The notes: generated from the letters alone by a model not told the origin. DNA of 31,045 nucleotides from Octopus sinensis (GCF_006345805.1 NW_021832347.1:1-31045); one strand, 5' to 3'. Positions 9,930-22,615 are shown, counted from the stretch's first letter. A program made the numbers and translations.

Positions 9930-10317
9930 CGTTGGCACTCCGTCGGTTAGGACGTCGAGGGTTCCAGTTGACCCAATCAGCCTGCCTGTGAAATTAGCGT
10001 GCAATTGGATGAACACTGCCCAGACACGTGTACCCTACGTTTTAACCTTAACGTAGTTCATGGGGGTATTCAGCGTGACAAAGAGTGTGACAAGGGTGGC
10101 CCTTTGAAATACAGGTACAACAGAAACAAGAAGAAAGAGTGGGAGAAAGTTGTGGTGAAAAATGTACAGCAGGGTTCGCTACCATCCCCTGCCGGAGCCT
10201 CGTTGAGCTTTAGGTGTTTCGCTCAATAAACATTCACGACGCCCGGTCTGGGAATCGAAACCGCGATCCTACGACGGTGAGCCCGCTGCCCTAACCACTG
10301 GGCCATTGCGCCTTCAC
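9930..10317 (-). mobile_element. SINE family D (family C head, different 3' part with an RTE-like terminal hairpin)
   Basis: Minus-strand A box CCAGTGGTTAGGGC and B box GGTTTCGATTCC. 10130-10317 aligns with 604-785. The terminus reads CCTCGACGTCCTAACCGACGGAGTGCCAAC. Confidence 0.85.
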
Positions 10318-10409
10318 ACAAACACACACACACACACACACTTATACATATATGTATGTGTGTGTATGTATATATATACGTGTATATGTATTGTATATGA
10401 ATATATAAT

Positions 10410-10473
<64 letters not shown>

Positions 10474-10484
10474 GATAGAAGATA

Positions 10485-10535
<51 letters not shown>

Positions 10536-10723
10536 GGCTGGTAGGAAGAAAGACAGATAAGTACATATATAATATATATACATATATATGTAGTATTATG
10601 AATAAATATATATATATATATATATATATAAATATTTAATTATGTTATATAATATATATAGTTATGTAGGTATTATATATTTATATATATATTTATGTAT
10701 GTTAATATATATATATATATATA

Positions 10724-10764
<41 letters not shown>

Positions 10765-11123
10765 TATATATATTATATATATATAATATATATATATATA
10801 TATAAAGTGTCTATCGAAAATAATTAATGACAGTATTAATATAAAGGTAAACCAATCTTTCAATCTCAAATATGCAATCATTAAATTGCAACAGAGATTT
10901 CATTAAACCATTTCCTCCTTCCCAATAATAATTCTTGTTATAAGATATTAAATATTAAATAACATAAACTTTGTAGTAATCCGCTCCTCGCCCTACCTTT
11001 CCCAAAATTTTCATTTCATTTCATTTCAACTCGCGACTGTCTATAACTACAACTATTGGAAGAGTGGTATATATGTATGAGAATGCCTATGTATGTATGA
11101 GTATGCGTATGTATGTAAATGTG

Positions 11124-11164
<41 letters not shown>

Positions 11165-11438
11165 GTGTATATATGTATATATGTATGTATGTATGTATGT
11201 ATACACACACAAACAGGCGTGTGAGTGCATATTATAAATATATATATATATATACATAGATTGAGGCATACATATATCTATGCCGATTTATGTACATACA
11301 CATATAATAGTATGTGCGTGTGTATGTGTATATGTGAGAGTGAGAATGTGTGTATGTATATACACACATATATATATACATACACACTTATATATATAGA
11401 TGTGTACTGGCATATATCTATCTATCTATCTATTTATA

Positions 11439-11476
<38 letters not shown>

Positions 11477-12118
11477 CATATATATACATGTATGATGTTT
11501 ATTTATTTAAGATACTTTTTTTCAGTTACGTACCCGATCTCAGACATTTCAGATGTAATATATATACATATATATTTATATGTATATATATATATATATA
11601 TCCATATACATGTATACATACATATATATGTACATTCATATTACATACATATATATGTACATTCATATTACATATATATACATATATATACCATATAAAT
11701 TTATACACCCCCCACAAATATATATATATATATATATATTTATTCATATGTATTTCATTCCAGTTTCTCGTTCTATTTATCAATTTGTTTATATGCATTT
11801 TTCAGAATAATATTTTAATTTTATCATAGGCATTTACTTCAATGTTTGGAGTTTTACATAATTTTTCAAATCTTCTTTTGACTTTTAAAAACGCTTTTCT
11901 TCCTTTCAGTTTCCTCTTTTTTTCTCCACATCACCTCAGTGTACTTCATTCTAATTATATTGGAGTTGATATTTAATTGAGTGATTTAAAGAGTATATAC
12001 CGACATATGTAGTGTACATGTATATTTATATCTATATGTAAAAAAAAAATATATATATAGGATATATATACATACATATATATCTATATATATATATAAT
12101 ATATATATATATATATGT

Positions 12119-12159
<41 letters not shown>

Positions 12160-12360
12160 TGTGTGTGTGTGTGTATATATATATATTTATATATATATAA
12201 ACATATATATAAACATATATGTATAAACATATGTGTATATATATATATATATATATGTATTGCGTATACAAGTCTGTATGGATATATATACACACACACG
12301 CACACACATATATATGTATGTATATATGGAATTTCAAATGTATTTTTGTATATAAGCATA

Positions 12361-12406
<46 letters not shown>

Positions 12407-12475
12407 GCATATGGATACATAGATACATTCAATCATATACACACATGCATGCATACATACTGTAAGATGTATATG

Positions 12476-12506
<31 letters not shown>

Positions 12507-12978
12507 TTACGAAGGTTTATATAAGTAAAAATAAAGATTTTTGAGAAGTAATATAACTGCACCAATATAGGAATAATTATGTATTCTATAAATATAATAA
12601 TTTTAAAACAGAAATAATATAAGACAAGAAATAAATTTTCCCATTTGTAAAGCATTGTTGGTTTCAGAAAACTAAAAATTGATTATGTAAATCTGAGATT
12701 AAATTTTAAAAATTCCATAATCGAATTAAACATTTCGCCGCAATCTTAATATATTTCAATATGTACATATTAATATATAATTGTACATAACAACAATGAT
12801 ACAGATGTGTGTAGGTGTGGGTGCTTGTATGTCTTAGTATGTATGTGTGTTTGTATGAGCGTATGTAAGCATGTACGTACGGTTTATGTACGTATGCAAG
12901 AACGTATACATAAAAATGTGTTATATACATACTATATAATATATATATATATATAATATACATACACACATCTATATT

Positions 12979-13010
<32 letters not shown>

Positions 13011-13202
13011 ATATATATTTTATATATACATACATATATATATATATATATACATATGCATGACATACATATATTTATGTATATACATATATATTTATAT
13101 ATGTGCTTACACGAATTCGTAAGTGCATACCTACATATAAATATATATATTTGCACATAGTACTGTGCATATCTATATATTTATATAATTATATATCTGT
13201 TC

Positions 13203-13250
<48 letters not shown>

Positions 13251-13366
13251 CTCAATCGATCTATCGATCTATCAGCTTGTCAGTCTGTCACTTTGTCTCA
13301 CTACATCTAATATAAATTTACATACACATAAATGTGTGTGTATGTTCGCGTGTCTGTGTGTGTCGG

Positions 13367-13419
<53 letters not shown>

Positions 13420-13686
13420 ATGCCTGTGTATGTATGTGCGTATGTATGTATGTATATACACATACATATACACCTAGGGAGAGAAAAGCTGGGAAGAGAA
13501 AGAGAAAGTCAGAAACAGTGAAAGAGGAGAGACAAGAATATCTGCGGGTTTGTGCTGATGAGTGAATAGGTGCTATATGTGTGTGTGTCTCTGTATGTGT
13601 GTGTGTATGTGTGTATGTGTTTATATAAATATATATACATGCATACATACATATATATACATATACATGCAATATGTACGTATGTA

Positions 13687-13727
<41 letters not shown>

Positions 13728-13994
13728 CATATATGTATATCTATATATAATGTGGTATATATTTTTTGTGTACATATATATATATATATATAGATACATA
13801 TATATATATTATATATATATATAATATATATATATATATATTATATATATATATATGTAATTATGCAAACAAGTATAGAAAGAGCAATATATCTAGCTAC
13901 ACTAGTATTCTACACTTTACGTCATTTTGCCTTTCTCAAAAAGTGTTTATGAAATTTTAAGTATACAGGTACTCCTTTAATCTTTGTGTGTGTG

Positions 13995-14027
<33 letters not shown>

Positions 14028-14733
14028 ACATATGTGTGCGTGTAAATATATATGTATATATATATATACGAATATCTGCTTAAGTATATATATTTCTTTA
14101 CTACCCACAAGGGGCTAAACACAGAGGGGACAAACAAGGACAGACAAAGGGATTAAGTCGATTACATCGACCCCAGTGCGTAACTGGTACTTAATTTATC
14201 GACCCCGAAAGGATGAAAGGCAAAGTCAACCTCGGCGGAATTTGAACTCGGAACGTAACGACAGACGAAATACGGCTACGCAGGTCGCCCGGCACGCTAA
14301 CGTTTCTGCCAGCTCACCGCCTTTCTGCTTAAGTATATATATATGTATGTATACATATATATATACACAGATACATGCATGTATGTGTGCATGTATATAC
14401 GTATATACGTATGAATATATGTATGTATACATGCTGGTTTGAGTGTGTTCACATCTAAGTGTGCATGTATACTTGTGTATGCCTATATATTTACATATAC
14501 CTGTATGTATATACATTTACATATCTATATGCCTGTGTGTGTATATATATATATACACACACATATATATATATATGCATGTGTGACTACACATACACAT
14601 ATATATATATAAATATATAAAACATATACATAAATATACATATATATATATACACACCTACATATAAATATACATATATATATATACACATACATATAAA
14701 TATACATATATATATATACACACATGCATATAA

Positions 14734-14770
<37 letters not shown>

Positions 14771-15261
14771 GAGTGAGAGAGAGTGAGATATATATATATA
14801 TATATATACAGATACAGAGACAGACAGACAGAAATGCGTGTATACAAGTGACGGAATGTATGCCAGTGCTTATATCGGCTAATGTATGCATACGTGTACA
14901 GGTGCATCTGCTCATTCATGATCTATACATGTGCGCCGTTACCTGTGCACAGACGAACGTAGCGGTATACGCTTGTGAATACCTAAGCTTCAGGCGCATA
15001 TGTATCTGTTTTCATACATGTACATATCTGCATGTAATTACATGTAGAAACCCATAGGCGTTTATGCATATTTCCATAAGCCGTTCGTAATTATATGCTC
15101 CAGTGTAGAGATTTATTGAAATATGGAAACTAGATATGTTCGTCAGGCCGTCTTCTTCTGTATGACTGTATCATGCTTGTCGTTTTATTCATCTCTATTC
15201 ACTCTAATGTTTAACGCATACGTCTAGGTGCTTGTTATATGTATATATGTTTATATATATT

Positions 15262-15304
<43 letters not shown>

Positions 15305-15314
15305 TGTGTGTGTG

Positions 15315-15353
<39 letters not shown>

Positions 15354-15712
15354 GAGAGAGATACTATATATATATATATATACATATATACATATATATA
15401 CAATATATATGTATATATATGTATGTACAATTATATATATTATTATATATATATATGTTGTATATAGTATATGTATATATATATTTATATATAAATATAT
15501 ACAGAGAGAGAGAGGGAGAGATAGAGAACAAGACAACAGACAGAAAGACGCATTTATCATAGGTATACATGTATACAATACGTGCATGTATCTATATATA
15601 TTAAGTGAGCATGTACATGTATGCATATATATATATGTATGTATGTATGTATATATATATATATATTATATATATATATATATATTATATATATATAGAC
15701 ACACACACACAC
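10318..15712. repeat. Compound microsatellite field: (TA)n, (CA)n, (TATG)n, (ATCT)n with short unique islands
   Basis: Low-complexity sequence dominates. Includes a 27-bp tandem duplication near 11616-11672 and about three copies of a TACATATAAATATACATATA...CAC unit at 14626-14722. Confidence 0.9.
14093..14322 (-). mobile_element. SINE family B, full-length young copy with TSD
   Basis: Highly similar to 17002-17231. Flanked by the direct repeat TCTGCTTAAGTATATATA at 14075-14092 and 14324-14341. Confidence 0.95.
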
Positions 15713-15713
15713 T

Positions 15714-16123
15714 CTCTTTTACTCTCTTTTACTTGTTTCAGTTATTTGACTGCAGCCATGCAGGAGCACCGCCTTTAGTCGGGCAAATCGACCCCAGGAT
15801 TTATTCTTTGTAAGCCTAGTACTTATTGTATCGGTTTCTTTTGCCATACCGCTAAGTTACGGGTCGTAAACACCCCACCGTCGATTGTCAAGCGATGTTT
15901 GGGCAGACAAACACAGACACACAAACATATACAACACATACATATATCTATACATATATAGGACGGGCTTCTTTCAGTTTCCGTCTACCAAATCCACTCA
16001 CAATCTTTGGTTGGCCCGAGGCTATAGTAGAAGACATGTGCCTAAGGTTCCACGCAGTGGGACTGAACCCGGAATTATGTGGTTGGTAAGCAAGCTGCTT
16101 ACCACACAGCCTCTCCTGCACCT
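15714..16123 (-). mobile_element. SINE family A, full-length
   Basis: Reverse complement of the 5151-5650 layout, from the tail CTCTTTTACTTGTTTCAGT to the head ACCACACAGCCTCTCCTGCACCT. Confidence 0.93.
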
Positions 16124-16179
16124 ATACATACATATACATGTAAACACACACACACACGTATATATTACCATTTACATGC

Positions 16180-16330
16180 TTGCTTTAGTCATTAGGCTGC
16201 GGCCAATCGCTCGCGGTATTATAAGTTTTCTAAAACTTGGTACTTACTCTCACGCTCTCTTTGTTGAACCGCTAAGTAACGAGACGTAAGTAAACGCCAG
16301 GTGTGAAACGGTTCTGCGATACAAACACAA
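16180..16330 (-). mobile_element. SINE family A, degenerate 3' half
   Basis: TTTAGTCATTAGGCTGCGGCCA...TTTGTTGAACCGCTAAGTAACGAGACGTAA matches the minus-strand A tail. Confidence 0.7.
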
Positions 16331-16359
16331 ATATGCACACACACATACAAACATAGATG

Positions 16360-16535
16360 CATGCATACATACATACATACATACATACATACATACATGC
16401 ATACATACATACATACATGCATACATGCATACATACATGCATGCATACCTAAATACATACATACATACGTACATACATACATACATACATACATACATAC
16501 ATACATACATACATACATACATACATACATACATG
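16360..16535 (+). repeat. (ATAC)n microsatellite
   Basis: Direct reading. Confidence 0.97.
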
Positions 16536-16667
16536 CAATACTTGAAGGAGAATCTGGGATATTCAGAAAGAGAAATTGACCATCCTGAATCGTACATTAC
16601 AAGTACAATTTGTGAGTAGAACGGTAGAAATATGCAAAACTTTTCTCAAGTTCCAAATGCGAATTTA

Positions 16668-17363
16668 GCTCTGTAAATTAGGAAGCTTTGCGACCACATA
16701 GTTTCGAGATCATTCCTCCTGGCCGTCACCTTCGGCGCGTCTATCATACATCTGCGCCGACCAATGCGTTCTGAGTGAATTTGGTAAATGGAAAAATATG
16801 TGGAAGCGTGTCGTATCTGTGTGTGTGTGTGTGTGTGTGTGTGTTGTGTGTGTGTGTGTGTGTGTGTTTGAGCATGAATGTCTGTGAGTGGTTGTTTGTG
16901 TATTTGTGTTGTATTTTCTCCTGTGTTAACCCTCCTACGGTTTCCCGACTGGTGTTCGTTTCTTTACATCTTTGTAATATAGCAGATCGCCATAAGAGAC
17001 CTATTTCTTTATTACCCACAAGGGGCTAAACACAGAGGGCACAAACAAGGACAGACATAGGTATTAAGTCGATTACATCGACCCCAGTGCGTAACTGGTA
17101 CTTAATTTATCGACCCCGAAAGGATGAAAGGCAAAGTCGACCTCGGCGGAATTTGAACTCACAATGTAACGCAGACGAAATACCGCTAAGCATTTCATCC
17201 GGCGTGCTAATGTTTCTGCCAGCTCGCCGCCATAAGAGACCGATTACATAAGTTCCAGACCGAGAAAAATCATTAATGCTGAGATTACTTCGATCATAAA
17301 CCTTCAATATGGAATCCCATTCCGGCCGTAGTTCAATGGCTGAAGAAAAAAATAAATAAAAGA
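16668..17363 (+). mobile_element. Old SINE family A copy, interrupted by a SINE B
   Basis: Degenerate head and body at 16668-16815, then (TG)n, then the tail start up to 17001. The tail resumes at 17232 (...CCGGCCGTAGTTCAATGGCTGAAG...TAAAAGA). Confidence 0.7.
17002..17231 (-). mobile_element. SINE family B, full-length young copy with TSD
   Basis: Direct repeat CGCCATAAGAGACC at 16988-17001 and 17228-17241 (the first 4 bp overlap the SINE head). Confidence 0.95.
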
Positions 17364-17589
17364 CAAGAGATACACGAACACACCAACACATGCACATGTT
17401 CATGCAAGCATACGTTTGCGTGTGAGTATGTGGGTGTGTGTTTGTGTGCGTTAGTGCGCTCGTTTTCGTGTGTTTGTGTGTGTATGTGTGCATGTGTGAT
17501 ATAAAGAAAGAATGAAAAGGTAAGATATATGCTATCGCTTTAGAGCATGGAAGTTTTAATTCAAGCATCATTGTAAAGTTGTTACAATG

Positions 17590-17770
17590 GAGTTACTGTG
17601 GACACCAACTCATGGTACCACAGTGGCTGGAAGACCACGGAAAACGTATATACAACAGGTTGCATATAATCTTAGATGCCAAGTTGAAGACCTAAATACA
17701 CTATGGAAGATCGGTAGGGATGGAGAGAGGTAGTCAGACTGGCCCGGGCAATCAACCTGACCGAATGATG
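17590..17770 (+). mobile_element. RTE-type LINE, 3' end fragment
   Basis: Translates ELLWTPTHGTTVAGRPRKTYIQQVAYNLRCQVEDLNT, then after a frameshift MEDR*GWREVVRLARA. This is the typical RTE ORF C-terminus (GRP..TY....L......DR..WR). Confidence 0.85.
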
Positions 17771-17821
17771 CCTCGATATAAAACGAAAATAAATAGAGAG
17801 TGAGAAGTTGTACATAAAATT

Positions 17822-17894
17822 TTTTACAGCTGTTTCTAGAATAGTTGTGTTTGTCACGGTGAAAAAGATTTCCATATTAGACCGTCTTCAGAGT
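17822..17894 (-). ncRNA. Degenerate hammerhead-ribozyme-like motif
   Basis: Minus strand CTGAAGA (17891-17885) ... GAAA-CAGCTG-TA (17836-17825). The core boxes are intact but stems I and II are eroded. Confidence 0.5.
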
Positions 17895-17914
17895 GGAAGA
17901 ATTAAGGCATGTTC

Positions 17915-18125
17915 ATTTTGGTCTCAAATTTGACACAGGGCCAGTAATTTCAAGGGGAGTGGTAGGTCGATTATATTGACCGTAGTGCTAAATTAGTACT
18001 TATATTATCGACCCCGAACGGATGAAAGACAAAGACGACCTCGGAGGAAATTTGAATTCAGAACGAAAGCCAGAAGTAATACCACAAAACCTTTTAACCA
18101 GTGCAGTAGCGATTCAACCAGCTTG
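17915..18125 (-). mobile_element. SINE family B, old subfamily copy
   Basis: TATCGACCCCGAACGGATGAAAGACAAAGACGACCTCGGAGGAAATTTGAATTCAGAACG matches the B centre. The tail resembles the 6053-6242 variant. Confidence 0.85.
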
Positions 18126-18348
18126 AGTCAGACGTCTAGGCAACTGATTGTTTCCCTGTGTAACAGACGTGTCCCGCAAGCCTGAGGGTGTTCTGAATAT
18201 ATCTCCATACATACATTTAAACATATGTGCATACATAAATGCACATGCATGCATAAATGCATACAGACAGATATGCATACAATCAGAGAATCATTCATAT
18301 ATGTGTATGTGGATATGTGTGTATGCTATATATATATATATATATATA

Positions 18349-18730
18349 CTAGCAGTATCGCCCGGCGTTGCTCAGGTTTGTAAGGGAAATAACTATAAAG
18401 CATTTTTAGAGAGTTATAGCCAAAAAATAGCAAAAAAATGGAAAAAAAATGATGGTAAATTTTTTTTGAGAGTTAAAAAAGATGGAGTTGCGTCCCCTAG
18501 ACGGTCTGTGGTTTGGGTTTCTGATTCTCGACCCCATGTCGAATTTATCGATTTTTTTCAGAACTGGGGGAACTTTTCAAAATTTTCGCTGCGTTAGTTT
18601 TGAATTATGACATTGGGCTATGTGTGTGTCAAGTTTCATCAGAATCGGTTGAAAGCCGTGGTCAGAGTGAGGGTACGAGAAAACAGACACACAGAAAACG
18701 CACAGACAAACTGCCGTTTATATATATATA
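18349..18730 (-). mobile_element. Non-autonomous Helitron-like element
   Basis: The minus-strand 3' end has a GC hairpin (CCTGAGCAACGCCGGG) 8 nt before a terminal CTAG followed by T. The 5' end is TATATATAAACGGCAGTTTGTCTGT..., the TCTG-rich start typical of non-autonomous Helitrons. Confidence 0.75.
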
Positions 18731-18893
18731 TTCGACGGGCTTCTTTCAGTTTCCATCAATCATATCCACTGACAAGCATTTGGTCGACCCGAGGCTATAG
18801 TATAAGACACTTGCCCAAGTTGCCAAGTAGTGGGACTGAAGTCGAAACCATGTGATTGGAGCGCAAGCTTTTTACAACACAGTCATTCCTGCG
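18731..18893 (-). mobile_element. SINE family A, 5' half
   Basis: CGACGGGCTTCTTTCAGTTTCC...GACACTTGCCCAAG...GTGGGACTGAA...ACACAGTCATTCCTGCG. Confidence 0.9.
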
Positions 18894-19147
18894 TATACTA
18901 TATATATATATACAGAGAGAGAGAGAGATGAGAGAGATAGAGAGAGAGAGAAATAGTAGAAAGAGAGAGATACTCATACACACACATACCCATATATATA
19001 TATAATATAATATATATTATATATATAATTTCAACAATTGAGGGTAAAATTAATTAATTAATCAATTTCACCAAGTATTCAGTATGCAAAGGGACCAATT
19101 AAGGCGAATTCAATTATTACATTATATAAAAGTGCTTTAAAATAAAA

Positions 19148-19369
19148 TACTTTGCCGCATACTGAACTCATTAGAAATAGCAGCTAAAAAAACTTTTTTT
19201 TAAACTATTTCTAATACTTAAAGGAAACCTCTCTCATATAGTGTTTGCTCAATTCAACTTGAATTGAGCAAACACTATATGAGAGGTGGTTTTCTTTAAG
19301 TATTAGAAATAGTTAAAAAAAGTTTTTTTTTAGCTGCTATTTCTAATGAGTTCAGTATGCGGCAAAGTA
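19148..19369. repeat. Long near-perfect palindrome (arms ~110 bp, 1-nt centre at 19258)
   Basis: TACTTTGCCGCATACTGAACTCATTAGAAATAGCAGCT...GCTCAATTCAA-C-TTGAATTGAGC...AGCTGCTATTTCTAATGAGTTCAGTATGCGGCAAAGTA. Imperfect symmetry extends to about 19122-19398. Confidence 0.97.
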
Positions 19370-19496
19370 ATTTTTTTACTAAGCCCTTTATATATAATAT
19401 ATATATATTATATATATATATATATATATAATATATAATAATACCATCTATGTATACATCGATGATATATAAATGTAAATATATGTAATATGTATA

Positions 19497-19693
<197 letters not shown>

Positions 19694-20741
19694 AGAAACT
19701 GAAAAATTGGTCATACATATCGTGTAAAAACCCAAATTTGGTAAAGAAATTAAAACACACGCACAAAAAAGAGCTAATGAAATAGGTCGGTCCAATAGCA
19801 TTATGTGAATTCTGCTGTGAAACACAGCCTGTTCCTACGTTATAAATCGCTGACGTCTGAGACGGCTCACAAAGAAGTAAGTTTACCACGTTACTGTTAT
19901 AGTCTTATCGAGCTGTGCGAAACACAATCATACGTCAAACATTTCCGTGTGCAGCACACATACCCTTGCAAACCGCTATTGTTCTCCAAAGTATGCGTAC
20001 TTCCTTACCATGGCGAGAAGAGTTGAAAATATAGCATATGCAAGGAATCATTACAGCATGATTCCTTGGAAAAATTTTTCCGAATGGTTACAACTTCTGT
20101 CAGTCTGTTGTAAACATTATTACGTTCTTAAGAATCAATTCCTGCTTACATATCAAATTATAATGGGATTTTCTACAATGTTGAATATTTATAGCGTTAA
20201 TAGTAGTAAACTCACCTTAATAAAGAATATGTTGCTGTAAGATCTGTATGTGAATAGCGTGATAAACCAACATGACATTGACAATAGCTCAGTAGGCTGG
20301 TAAATATATAATCTTTATACAAGGAGGCAACGAGGGAGCCTTTATCTGACCGTACAACCTGTTAGAAATAGGAGCCAAATTTTCCTTAAATCACATCCTG
20401 TCATCAGTTGCAAATAAGACACATTTGATAATGCAGTTCTGGGTACACTAAGCTTAAAAAGCAATACGGGTTACTCCAACTTGAAACGCCTTTGATAATA
20501 GCTGTCCCAATTAGCGTTAAACAAAAACGACAGACAACAGTTACATAACAGTATGTATGTGGGTGTGTGGATGTCTGTAGTGCCTTCAAATTTTTCTACT
20601 TAAAACGGTATTCGAATCTAATATCTACATGTTATTCATTATAGCTTTACACGTATGCTTCGAGATATTCCAAAACAGAATTAGTTCCAAAACAGAATTA
20701 GTTCACTTTCTCTCACTCGAAAGTTTATAAATTCTGATGTC

Positions 20742-20773
20742 GTCGGCAGTGGCTGTGTGGTAAGTAGCTTGAT
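20742..20773 (+). mobile_element. SINE family A head, left part (target of the ORF1-only element; continues at 22421)
   Basis: AGTGGCTGTGTGGTAAGTAGCTTGAT, resuming as TGCCAACCGCATGGT at 22421. Intact copies read GTAGCTTGCTTACCAACCACATGGT. Confidence 0.85.
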
Positions 20774-22408
20774 ATTTGTAAACTATTGTTTTGAACTTTT
20801 TACTTTTTAATTTAAAACATGGCAAAAAATACGGATAACATTGTAGAGTAGGAGATTGTCTCATCTAAGGAGTGGCTCAGACAACAAGAGGAGAGGACGG
20901 TGGTGTTGAGAACTTATTCAAAGGCTCTCGACACCATTGCCGTCTTTTCCAAGCAGCTGATAGAGCAGTAGTTGGCGGAACATCTGCCAACCATTAAGTA
21001 TATCTCTAGGGGTGTCAAATATGCAACGGTGTGGTTGCTATTTGACACCCCAGAGGAGGCTCGCAGTTTTGCGATCCAGCCCTTTGAGGGTAGAGAAATT
21101 TTGTTTCTTCCCACTTATTGTGGGAAAAAATTGACGAGGGCTTGGGTCTGTGGTTTGCTACCCGGAATTGAACCCGAGTGGATAGAGGATACTATTCGCC
21201 GGGGTCTAGGTGGCAGCGGAGCTAGGATCCTCATTGTGAAAATTCTTCCTGCGGCTGATTGGGTTGGGTCAAAAGCTGTTTTGACCCTGTGGACCCAATC
21301 AGCCATGAATCTGGTTATGTCAGATTTTTTTTAAATGGCCGGGTGCAAGTACCCGGTGATTCTTGATGGTGCCCCCCCCCCAGGTGTCATCGGTGCCTGG
21401 AGCCTGGCCATTCAAAGAAAAACTGTCCTCAGGAACAAAGCAAAGTCCTGGAGCAGTTGATTGAGACCTCTGTAGAAGGAACGAAGGCGGTCGAGGAGGC
21501 GAAGGAGTCCCCAAAGAAGGGCCGCAAGAGGAAGATGAGCAACAATGGCTGCTTACTGAAGGATAATAGGGATGAGGGAAGGGAGGCGAATCTCCCGGCC
21601 ACGGAGGAGACGCAGTCTCCCTCAGTTGAGAAGAAAAAAAGAGGAAGAGGAAGAGCAGTCGGTGACATAGCACCGGAATGTCCCGGAACCTTGCCGGTAG
21701 GGGTTGTACAACCGGCAGGGGAAGAGAAACTGTTGGGAGGAATTATGCTGCCAACAGTAGAATTGACTACCTCGAACCTGGAGGAAGACGAACTATAGGT
21801 CTTCTTCTACAGAGGCGGAGGGGTAGAAAAGGTGGTGGAAAAACACCATAAGGTAGTACCTTTAATCTTCACACAGGTTCCCGAATGGCCTCCGCAGATA
21901 GCTGTGGAGGTCATAACGTTGCCCGTGACGTATAGGCTGCAGGGAATCAACGAGGAATATCGCTTGTGGCCGGGCGACGCCGACTCGGATCCCGCCTTGG
22001 ACTTGAATGAGGTGTGGGTGATGGCGGAGTATACGGGCACCAGCGATGTTGGGGAGGAATAGTGACAAGAGATTGAAAAGTCTCAGTGTTATAATGTTTA
22101 TTGTATAATGTTTAATGTTCATTATATGTTATTGTATTTAAGAGATTTAACGCCCCAATTTTTAAATGAACTATTAAGTCCAATAGTTGAAAAACTGAAG
22201 TAAGAGGTTCAATACCTCGTTTTGTCATTTTTCTTTGAAAAAATAAAAAAAGAGAAGAGAATAATGTTTTAGAGAATCAAAAAGCCGGCGGGCATCTTTT
22301 GTCTTCTCCCATTAATATCATCCTTTTTTCATCATTCACCTCATTAATGTTTTTGTCCAGCCCACAAGCTACTCTGTGTCATGCCTTTATGGCAAAATTT
22401 TTGAAATA
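20774..22408 (+). mobile_element. Non-autonomous ORF1-only non-LTR retroelement (HAL1-like, possibly Tx1/L1-derived)
   Basis: Exact 12-bp TSD AAGTAGCTTGAT (20762-20773 / 22409-22420), 45-nt 5' leader, one decayed ORF, and ~350-nt 3' UTR ending in a hairpin and AATAAA. There is no room for an ORF2. Confidence 0.85.
20819..22062 (+). pseudogene. Gag-like ORF1 with CCHC zinc knuckle (disrupted, ~414 codons)
   Basis: ATG 20819 (MAKNTDNIVE*EIV...) is in frame with ORF 20972-21334 and continues MAGCKYPVILDGAPP. A frameshift in the C10 run (21372-21381) leads to RCHRCLEPGHSKKNC (CX2CX4HX4C), in frame with ORFs 21457-21798 and 21832-22062. Four in-frame stops (20849, 20969, 21332, 21796). Confidence 0.88.
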
Positions 22409-22557
22409 AAGTAGCTTGATTGCCAACCGCATGGTGCCATGCAGTGGGACGGAACTCCGAACCATGTGGTTCGTATTTTACTATATATACTTAAGTATAT
22501 GCACATACATATAAATATATATATGTACATGCATATAAGCATGCATTAATGCATACA

Positions 22558-22615
<58 letters not shown>

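Noticed and set aside
19851-19937. Hammerhead-like arrangement TGACGT-CTGAGA-CGGCTC...GAGCTG-TGC-GAAAC...ACGTCA
   Set aside because: The core box is one base short, there are three extra bases before GAAA, and stem III and UH are missing. Too many defects to separate from chance.
20668-20704. TTCCAAAACAGAATTAG x2
   Set aside because: A simple 17-bp tandem duplication with no further structure.
20972-22062. Three plus-strand ORFs read as exons of a host gene
   Set aside because: They are contiguous, separated only by point stops and one homopolymer frameshift, and enclosed by a TSD. They form one retroelement ORF1.
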